Below are positions 1-8,722 of a stretch of 24,843 nucleotides of DNA, one piece after another. The stretch is taken from positions 1 through 24,843 of the forward strand of contig NIVC01005146.1 in the NCBI GenBank assembly GCA_002269645.1, read 5' to 3'. A model generated the notes under the pieces. The model ran no database searches. It was given only the letters and a program-made list of their open reading frames with translations, and had not been told where the DNA came from. Source of the DNA: Macrostomum lignano. Lineage: Eukaryota. A program made the position numbers and the translations under genes. How positions within the stretch are numbered: the first letter of the stretch is position 1; every line of letters begins with the position of its first letter.

Positions 1-394
1 GAGGGCCAGCTCGTGATGTTGCGCAACTCCGTCATCAAGCGCGGCCAGACGCGGTGCCTGCATGAGCGCCAAGTGGAAGGGGCCGTTCCGAGTCCTAAGG
101 CGCCTGGGCGAGGTCATGACAATTACCGCATCCAGGACGAGACCGGCCGCAGGCGCCGGCTGGTGGTGCAACCACGACCGCCTCAAGCGCTTCGTGCAGC
201 GGCGGGCGTCACTGGAGCTCCCGGCCGCCGGCTGCCGACTCCGACAACGACGGCACCGCCGCAGAGCCGCCGGGCAGGCGGCCGATCCTGGCGGCGACGC
301 GGTGACCTTCTGGCCCGAGCTGCAGCAGATGAGGCACCAGAGGAGCCGCCGGCGCACCGGCCGAGCCGGTCAAGGTTCCGCGGCGGTCGGCTAG
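1..394 (+). mobile_element. Ty3/Gypsy LTR retrotransposon pol 3' end (integrase C-terminal GPF/Y region), frameshifted
   Basis: Frames 1 and 2 alternate to give EGQLVMLRNSVIKRGQTR / SAKWKGPFRVLRRLGEV / NYRIQDETGRRRRLVV / HDRLKRF, matching the Gypsy integrase tail (KWxGP[FY]xV...xxYxI...VVHxDRLK). Frame switches occur near 60, 118 and 170. The sequence is GC-rich. Confidence 0.85.
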
Positions 395-460
395 AGAGCG
401 GCGGCCACTTGACTTGTACATGGCGGGCTTTGCTTGACTCGGGAAATGTCTTTTGCTTCT

Positions 461-473
461 AGGGGGAAATTAG
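461..473 (+). other. Polypurine tract of the Gypsy element
   Basis: AGGGGGAAATTAG lies immediately before TGTAGT (474) and downstream of the integrase sequence. Confidence 0.7.
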
Positions 474-674
474 TGTAGTCTGGCTTGTTGGTGCGCGTGC
501 ACTAGCTTGATGTGCACGTCTGGCTGGTTTGGGGCTGGGGTTTAGCGCTGCGGCGTGTGCGTGCTTAGGGTGGCTACACCCACCCAACTTTGGCAATAAA
601 TATATTGGCGTTAGCCAGTGAGGTCTCCTCACGTTTTTGTTATTCACTGCAACTCAACCCACGGTCTTGCACTA
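474..674 (+). mobile_element. Short 3' LTR of the Gypsy element (right end uncertain, ~651 or ~674)
   Basis: Starts TGTAGT right after the PPT and has AATAAA at 595-600. Candidate ends are ACTGCA (646-651) or GCACTA (669-674). The 5' LTR and TSD are outside the window and cannot be checked. Confidence 0.6.
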
Positions 675-1235
675 TGAATTGGAATGAAGGCCATGCTGCA
701 CAGGCGTCAAAAATTATCGATGCTCTTCGATTTCGTTCACATTATTATAAAATGCATTCGCAACACATGGTACAGTATATGAAATCTACTATAGACTATA
801 GAAACTATAGATGCTTTTTGGCTTTATCAAAATCTTCCTTAGTCCTCACTTACATGTACGATTCTTAATCTCTGCTGCATGCTCGCGAATTCTCTCACAC
901 GCAGAAATGTAAACAGATTTCCGTAATTTCACTAAAATAACATGAAATATATATCTTATGGAAACAACTTGCAAATCTGATATTGCTGTTGAAATGTGTT
1001 TGACGTCTCAGACTCGGCCAAGATTATGCCTTTGCAGAGCTGCTGAGCACTAATTATTCTGCACCCTCGTACATGTACATGTGGTCCGTTGAAGAGATAT
1101 TGATGTGCTGTTGCGATATGAACGATAAGATTTTTGTGTAACAAAAGGTGCTTGTAACAAGGACTACAAAATTATTCGAAGAACTCTTTGACATCCAATC
1201 CGATCGTGACAGAGGCTCTGTCGCACTGGTGACGG

Positions 1236-1340
1236 GTCATTTCGTCAAAAACATTTTCGTCAAAAGCCTTTTTATCAAAAAGTCATTTCGTCATTTCGTC
1301 AAAAGCCTTTTCGTCAAATAGTCATTTCGTCATTTCGTCA
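1236..1340. repeat. Short-motif array (TTCGTCA x7 plus a variant), typical of a transposon subterminal region
   Basis: TTCGTCA at 1241, 1256, 1287, 1295, 1310, 1326 and 1334, interleaved with AAAAGCCTTT spacers. Confidence 0.75.
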
Positions 1341-1486
1341 GTGTTGTAAACAGATACTGTAGAAGTATAACACTTGTTTTAAGGGATGTTTCTAAGAAAA
1401 ACTATTTTAATTTTTAAAACTTCTTTTTCATTTCAAAGCAAGTGCTTCTAAGAAACACGCTTATTTCTAAGAAACACGCATGCTGA

Positions 1487-1615
1487 TCAGCTGATGCCTG
1501 TCTTGCAGGTAATGTGGTACCATTTACCACAGGTATCACAGTCAATTGCTGGATCAGAATTTCTCACTGCCTTTCTACACTCAGGACAGCGAGATATCTG
1601 CCTTGTTTGTGGCAT
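1487..1615 (-). pseudogene. Truncated PHD-finger coding remnant (42 aa), probably transposon-derived
   Basis: MPQTRQISRCPECRKAVRNSDPAIDCDTCGKWYHITCKTGIS*: CxxC...CDxCxxWYHxxC is the PHD pattern. The last CxxC pair is missing. Too short for the ORF track. Confidence 0.75.
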
Positions 1616-2472
1616 AACAATAATTAATATTTGTCAATCGCGCAGCTGATTAAAACAATCTCTACCTATAAAAATAACCAAAATTATGCTGAAATGAAGA
1701 TTTTATAAATTAGGCGCCTAAAAACACTTTTTATAGAGGAATCAGAGAAGTAAATATTTAGTGATTGACGTTTCATTTTTATATCAAGACGATGCCAAAA
1801 CCTTGCATAAGGCTACATGGGCAGTGGCTTACAGTGGATCGAAGTTGTAATAAAAAACGTGGAACAGTAAATAATAAAAAAAAGACAGACAGATAAATGT
1901 TAAAATTTGGAAACAGGAAAATTAAGATTCTGAAATGTTATTAATAATTCAGAGGCATGGCGCTTGTGCGCTTAAAAATTTAGGAGTGACAATTTATAAG
2001 TTACATTTTCATTATTTTTTTCTAAAAAAGCACTTACCCACAGTGAAAAAACATGTTAACTGAGATAATTTCAAAAAAAATTCAGAGCGTGAAAAATTTT
2101 ATCAAGGTAAATTTAGCAGTTTAGTTTGCCGAATAATTACTGTTAAACTACTGTTAAAGTGTTTATATCTTACTGTTCAGTGATCTTTAAACAATATAAA
2201 CTTAGACTTGAACTTTTACGATGTTAGGAACTTAGTCCATCTAGTCTACTAAGTACCCATACCCGATCTGTTTGAATTTTCAGTAAACGAATTAGCAAAA
2301 TATTTTTTTCTGTATCAATGGGTCCCAGTAACTTACTCTTTAATCAAATAAGGCGCAAAATAAAGCAAGCTTTTCTATCTTTTTTGACTGTTAAGATTAC
2401 AGAACAGTAAGCCTTTTTTAACGTCTTGACTCCCTGCTTCGCGTGTAAAGTTAAAAACAAAATTTAAAAATT

Positions 2473-2666
2473 TTAATAATTAAATTCGCAATAAAATTCC
2501 AGGTTATAAGGCCGAACCGTCACTGCATCATCGACCCATTCGCCTAAGAATTTTGGAGTACTTCTGAGCTGACCCAGACTTCTTCGAATCCTTAAATGAG
2601 AAAGTTAGCGACTTCTTTTGAAAAATGCAACATGCAAAATAGCCAATTGAATGGTAAAAGCTCGGG
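2473..2666 (-). pseudogene. Candidate terminal exon of the RNF213-like gene (disrupted)
   Basis: CAG acceptor at 2669-2667, phase 0, matches the donor at 3770. It reads [37 protein letters not shown], then after a +1 correction in an A4 run KFLGEWVDDAVTVRPYNLEFYCEFNY*. It needs a stop and an indel fixed, so support is weak. Confidence 0.3.
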
Positions 2667-2678
2667 CTGACTCAGATC

Positions 2679-2710
2679 GACAGACAGACAGATGGATAGA
2701 CAGACAGACC

Positions 2711-2794
<84 letters not shown>

Positions 2795-2797
2795 CTA

Positions 2798-2828
<31 letters not shown>

Positions 2829-2861
2829 TAGACAGACAGACAGAAAGACAGACAGACAGAC

Positions 2862-2918
<57 letters not shown>

Positions 2919-2921
2919 CTA

Positions 2922-2994
<73 letters not shown>

Positions 2995-3009
2995 CAGACA
3001 GAAAGACAC

Positions 3010-3042
<33 letters not shown>

Positions 3043-3052
3043 CAGACAGACA

Positions 3053-3092
<40 letters not shown>

Positions 3093-3225
3093 CAGACAAG
3101 ACAGACAGACAGACAGACAGACAAGACAGACAGACAGACAGACAGACACAGACAGACAGACAAGACAGACAGACAGACAGACAGACAAGACAGACAGACA
3201 GACAGACAGACACAGACAGAAAGAC

Positions 3226-3260
<35 letters not shown>

Positions 3261-3274
3261 CAGACAGACAGACA

Positions 3275-3339
<65 letters not shown>

Positions 3340-3388
3340 CAGACAGACAGACAAGACAGACAGACAGACAGACACAGACAGACAGACA

Positions 3389-3459
<71 letters not shown>

Positions 3460-3473
3460 CAGACAGACAGACA

Positions 3474-3518
<45 letters not shown>

Positions 3519-3549
3519 CAGACAGACAGACAAGACAGACAGACAGACA

Positions 3550-3590
<41 letters not shown>

Positions 3591-3646
3591 CAGACAGACA
3601 GACAAGACAGACAGACAGACACAGACAGACAGACAGACAGACAGAC

Positions 3647-3677
<31 letters not shown>

Positions 3678-3760
3678 CAGACAGACAGACAGACAGACAA
3701 GACAGACAGACAGACAGACAGACACAGACAGACAGACAGACAGACAAGACAGACAGACAG
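2679..3760. repeat. (GACA)n/(TGTC)n microsatellite, ~1.08 kb, with GACAA/GACACA interruptions
   Basis: Directly visible; it accounts for all DRQT/CLSV low-complexity ORFs. Confidence 0.99.
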
Positions 3761-3770
3761 TCTCTCTCAC

Positions 3771-4436
3771 CAAAATTTTCTCCAGTTCGTCGCAGAGCGG
3801 CAGCAGCAGGGCCAGCGGAGCCGCTCCGATTTCGGCCAGCAGATTGTCCAGGCAGTCAGGCCGAGTACCGGTGGGCCGGTTAGCCGGCTCCCTCAGCGCT
3901 TCGGCCGCAGAAATTGACGCATTCGATGAGGATTTCGCAACGTGTCGAAGGCAGGTCAGGCGCAGCCAGCTCAAGGCCTCGAGTCGAGCGTCTTCTGGCA
4001 GCAGCTCGACGAGCCGCCGGGCTGTCGATGCATCTGACGTCTCCTGAGAATTTGAACGCTTGCGACGCAGATCCGGAAGCACCACTGAGTACAACTCAGC
4101 CTCAGCTGCTTCAAGGAGCGCTACCAGGCGTCGGAGAGGAGTCGGGTCTGACAAAGACATCGTGGAAGAGGACAAAGACTCGCCGGAAGCTTGACTATTA
4201 ACGCCGGGCAGCGGCGGCCAGGACGACCTGCTGGGAATGGCGCCATCCGATGCCGCAGAGTTGAGAAATTCAGCCAAACTGGCGTCGCCGATGCTGCAGT
4301 TTTCTTCTGCCAGGCAACGGTGCGCGTAGGACAGGGCGAGGCGACAAAAGTCGGCGAGGCGGCGAGCATAGGCTGTGTCCTGCTGCTGGCGCCGGCGGAC
4401 AAAGCGCTGCTCAGCATCGGTCAGGCGAGCCGACTT
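3771..4436 (-). CDS. GC-rich internal exon (666 nt, 222 aa, phase 0/0) of the RNF213-like gene, C-terminal region
   Basis: Acceptor CTGAC...TTTTCAG|AAG at 4437, donor TTG|GTGAGA at 3770. Open frame [33 protein letters not shown]...[11 protein letters not shown]. Phase matches the donor at 6421. Confidence 0.75.
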
Positions 4437-4541
4437 CTGAAACGAGTCAGTTGAGAGTCAAAGGTGTTCCTAATAGGTTTTTTTTTCAAGTATGCCGTAA
4501 CTTGACTGCCGACCCGAACCCCAACGAAAGACCTCATCCCG

Positions 4542-4612
4542 GATGCCGTGGCGCAGTGGTCCAGCGGGCGCTCTGATGTGCCAGCTGCTCAGGCTCGATT
4601 CCAAGTGCAGTC
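4542..4612 (+). mobile_element. tRNA-derived SINE head or tRNA pseudogene (Pol III A and B boxes)
   Basis: A-box TGGCGCAGTGG at 4549-4559 and B-box GGCTCGATTCC at 4592-4602 with tRNA-like spacing. The T and acceptor stems pair poorly, so this is not a functional tRNA. Confidence 0.55.
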
Positions 4613-4845
4613 ACATTAATTTGGGGCTAAATTGGAATCTCGGCTTGGCTCTGCTCGTGCAATTAACGCCCTTGAGGGCCAACCACCAAGGCACAGTGAA
4701 GTGTACATGCCTTGCCTTAGATGTATGTAGACATAAAAGAAGCATCATTTAAAACATAAAATAAGTGTCAAGTCAAAAAGAAAAGAAGAGCATCAGTCAT
4801 GAAAAGCATAAAAGAAACGTCATGTCGAATATAGAAGATTCATTT

Positions 4846-5082
4846 GGGAATTGCTACGATGTCAAGACTGGGAGGGAATTGCTATAATGCTGTGTTTCTT
4901 GGGAGAATTACTGAAATGTCAAGGCTTACGGTGGAATAACTCTTTAGGGTTAGGTCTAGGGCGGATTTGTTGAGATTTCAAAGATTATGGGGGCGTTGCT
5001 GAGATGCCAAGGCTCTCGGGGGAAGCTGATATGCCAAGGCTTACAAGGAGAATTGCTAAGGTTATTGCAAGGAGAAGCTAAA
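4846..5082. repeat. Degenerate ~27-30-bp minisatellite (GGAGAATTGCTGAGATGYCAAGGCTT-like)
   Basis: Recurring GGGAATTGCTA, ATGTCAAG and ATGCCAAGGCT units. Confidence 0.55.
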
Positions 5083-5592
5083 TGCAGTTCAAAAATTTGT
5101 ATTCCATACTTTGTTGGCTTCCCAACGGGAAGCGCAGATTGCTAGTAACTAACTAAAGCCCCTGGTAGTCATTGGAAGTCAAATCTCAACAGTTTTTCAG
5201 TGTAGAAAGTTCATTCTTACCCTGCCCTGCATGGCCTGTATAATGATACAATTGGCCAAACCATGTGGTTAGACTTATATTTGCCCTTCTAAATCTCCTA
5301 AGAAAGTGTGTCCTTCTCTGCAATATACCGTTGGGAACAAATATAAAAAATCTTTTTTTTAAAACCGTCAGCTGTAACTTGCTGTCTCCTAGCTGCTATC
5401 TATAGTTGGGGTGTGAGGCACGTTTGCTGATTGCATTGACTACGCTAGGTGAGAGAAAAATTTATTCAAGTCAGCGTTAATTTAGTCAGCGCGTGTCCGA
5501 CCAGTGCAACTATCAAGTGAATTTTGTAAGACGCAGAAACTGCGCTGCTTAGCTGCATAAAAATCTGAACATTGCATGGGTCAGCTACAACC

Positions 5593-5805
5593 AACATGCG
5601 GAGAGCGCAGTTCCAAGAAATCAACAACCCCGAATTAGGTAGCGGAACCATTTTGGAAAGACTGCAAGCGCAAAAGAAAGTGTCACATTATAGTTAGAAG
5701 CTATAATAAACGTACACCTAAAGATACATGTAACATGCGCAGAGCGCATTTCCAAGAAATCATCAACCCCGATTTTTTCCACCACCATTTTGGACAGACT
5801 GCAAG
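5593..5805. repeat. Diverged direct duplication of ~75 bp (period 139)
   Basis: AACATGCG.AGAGCGCA.TTCCAAGAAATCA.CAACCCCGA...CCATTTTGGA.AGACTGCAAG starting at 5593 and 5732. Confidence 0.8.
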
Positions 5806-5868
5806 AAGCAAACTAAAGTGCTTCTTATTCCAGTTAGTAGTTACGCTTGAATAATAAGTGTATGAATC

Positions 5869-6099
5869 CCTACTAAGGGATTGAATAAGGGCCCTTCTGC
5901 GAAGGTCCGTCGGGTTGATGACGACCTCTAGCACCGCGGCAAGGTGCAGCGCCGGGTCTCTAGTGGGGTGCACCATCGGGTTTCTGGCGGGGTGCGCTGT
6001 CGGGCCTCTAGTACCGCGGTAAGGTGCACCTGTGCTAGACACCGTCATCAGCCCGACGGACCTTCTAAAAAAGGGCCCTAATTCAATCGCTTCGGTAGG
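5869..6099. mobile_element. Fold-back/MITE-like element with ~45-55-bp inverted arms
   Basis: 5879-5923 GATTGAATAAGGGCCCTTCTGCGAAGGTCCGTCGGGTTGATGACG pairs with 6043-6088 CGTCATCAGCCCGACGGACCTTCTAAAAAAGGGCCCTAATTCAATC. Internal direct repeat CTCTAG.ACCGCGG.AAGGTGCA. No clear TSD. Confidence 0.65.
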
Positions 6100-6421
6100 A
6101 ACAACAGTTGGAATGTGAGGCGTTGCAAATTGCAAGAGTTGCGATTCGACCCTAGCCCGTCTGCATCTGCATCGACGGAACCACCGTGTCAGATCGGACT
6201 CTTGATTTCGTCAAGACGCGGTCGACGTGGTCAGTAGTGAGCCAGTTGATACTTTTTGAAAGACAAGTGGTCTGTAGCTAGCTGCATTTTACAAATGCTT
6301 ATAAAATACAACCTGGAAAGTAAAAACTAACTAGGTGTTATTTGTCTATCATTAAAGTATAAACCGTAAAAGACAATCTTAGGGTCTTTTAGAAGATTAT
6401 TCTTTTATCAAAGCTCCTTAC

Positions 6422-8722
6422 CGAATCCGATTCTGGACAATTGGCCCGAAACGCCTCTATCATTTGAGACAGGCTTCTCTGCTCCGCGCTTGCCAGCCGC
6501 GGCTCCCACGGTAGCAGGCGGACAAAGCATTTGTCAGCCAGGACCTCGCGGAAGACCGCCGTCTCTAGGAGACCCCAATCGATTTGCAAATCACGATTAG
6601 CAGTATGCGAGGCAAACATAGCCGACAGGTGATCGAGCTTGTCAGCTGACAGAGCTGGCAACCGATCCGGGCTGGAGAGGAGATCCGCAGTAGCGAGATG
6701 GCAGCAAGGTGTAGAGTCAAAGCTTTCACTTGCGGATAATAGAGGCTCCAATGCCTCACAAGTTTCGGTGAGGGCTAATCCGGCTGCCGCAATTAGAAAT
6801 TCGTTTTGATCACACAACAAGGGCTTAGCAGTCTCAATCAGTGGTGACAGTTCTGTGAAAAGAGCCCTTCGCAAAGGACGTTCAAGTGCAGCGGGTTATC
6901 TAAATTTAACATTAAGGCGTTAGGGTGCAGGCAGTTCCACGCGACTTGAGCATTGTCATGCATCGCCTTACAGTCAGGATACCTTTTCAGGAAATCCTCC
7001 ACCCTCCAGGCCTCAAACTCTTCCATTGAAAGTTGACCATCGATTCGCTTCGCAACGGCCGCGTGCCAAATTGTCAGGCGTCGAAGGTGATCAGAATTGG
7101 AAAGCACAGACCTGTGGCGCAGCACAAACTCTAGAAAGCGTCCAAACTTATCATTAACTTCTCCATCGGCCGGATCATCATCAGGGTTGCCACGGACTTT
7201 TACTTGATGGCAGTTAAACAGATGGCATATTGCATTAAGGTCGCTCTTGCACTTCGGAAACAACAGACAGTTGCGCGCTAAATGAAACTGCCTCGGTGTC
7301 GCGATTGCCTCGTCGATTTCATCGCAACTATCTGTGCTACCACAAGAGTCGACATCCAGGCCGTCCACAATCCAAGCGTACGAAAATTCACTTTTAAGTT
7401 GACGCTCGGTTAATCGATCGCGCTTAAACTTAATAATTGAGCTCTGTGGAGAAGCAAGGCAGCAAGCAAGTTGATATCGAGCAGCTGTAAGCCTGCAGTG
7501 GCTGGCTGATGAAATAGGAACTCTGAAAAGCACGCAAAGCTGAGTGAAGCACCCAAGTGCAGTCTTCTGTACTCAACTCGAGAAATTTAGCCAGTGATTC
7601 CAACTGGTCAAGAATAGCTGTTGGCTTTCTATTTGGCAGTTGAGAAAGTACGTTTAGCATGCAAGTCAACAGACACACAGCTATATATGAAACGAGTAGC
7701 TGAAGCGCTTTGTCTAAACCACTTGAGACTGGCGTGTCGTCCAGCCACTCAGTAACGTCGGTTTTAGAAAGGCCTTTATTATCAGTTGACTCACAGAAAG
7801 CACAATGGTATAATAGAATCCCTCGCATCTCCTCGGCATTCGCCTTGTAACTGTAACACTCATACAAGTGCAATATCTCGCAAAGAGCTCTGCTTCAGAG
7901 GCTCTAGGCTTTATTTTCTCGCTGCTGCAAATGTCAAGTGCGTCCCTTTTGCTTAGCTCATCAACAACACTGCCTGGTTTTGGTGGCCAATGGATAAAAA
8001 AGCTAAGGAGCGTCCGATAATACAATGTGGCTAGACAACGTGTCCAGGACTGGATTGACTGGTCAGGTTAGCTTCATCGAGGCAGCTGTCCCTTTCACTG
8101 CAGGATATTAGCAAAAGTGGATGCAGCTCATGGTGTGAAACCGCTGTTAGTCTTTCTTTTATTTCTCGAGTCAATGCTTTTTCCGGAGACTGAAAGTTCG
8201 CGAAGCACTTTTTGAACATGAACGCTTTCAATGTAGATAGAAAGCGTGTCACAATAGTATTGATTCTGATTTTCGTATTGTGATATACTTTTCCAAAAAT
8301 TCTTAATTTTTAGATAATCCGGCCTTCCTGGGACTAAAACATTGGAGAAGGCAGCAACTGCTTCAACATATAAATTTGTGTCAGAGCAGTCTAGGAATGG
8401 ATAGCGCAGACAGTAACTAGCCAGTTGAGAGGACTGACCGAAGCGAAGAAATTTGTCCCTATCAATGGTCGGCAAAAGCGACGCTGTGTGATCGAGTTTG
8501 AAGAGAGAGTGAAGCTCACCGAGTGTATATCGCTGCCGCAGACACCGTACGAATAGTAGCCAGAATGGGTGTAATTTTTGGGTGAGAATGCAGCGCTCGA
8601 GAAAGGCGAAAACGTCCGACTGATCATTACCAAAACAGAGAAACTTATTGTGCACGGCAGTTGCTTCCTTGACAGCATCGGAGAAAAAATTTATTGCATC
8701 AACCAAGTCGACCACCTCTGAA
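6422..8722 (-). pseudogene. RNF213: Frameshifted continuation of the giant RNF213-like exon (E3 core / CTD-proximal region)
   Basis: Chain of overlapping minus ORFs 8128-8715, 8031-8252, 7714-8025, 7430-7873, 6838-7533 and 6389-6874, ending at donor TCG|GTAAGG (6421). WLLFVRCLRQRY...DKFLRFG resembles the RNF213 E3-core segment as I recall it. Confidence 0.75.

Noticed and set aside
590-1200. ORFs 590-868 (+) and 956-1144 (-) as genes or further exons
   Set aside because: No recognisable motif and no phase-consistent splice pair; the first starts inside the LTR.
2592-3883. Long ORFs on both strands (DRQT / CLSV repeats)
   Set aside because: Artefacts of the stop-free (GACA)n microsatellite, which lies behind a strong GTGAGA donor.
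4525-4585. Hammerhead ribozyme (GAAA...GGTC...CTGATG)
   Set aside because: The core is CTGATGT rather than CUGANGA, there is no U at the cleavage triplet, and stem II is missing.
4542-4612. Functional tRNA gene
   Set aside because: T-stem and acceptor stem have several mismatches, and T54 is replaced.
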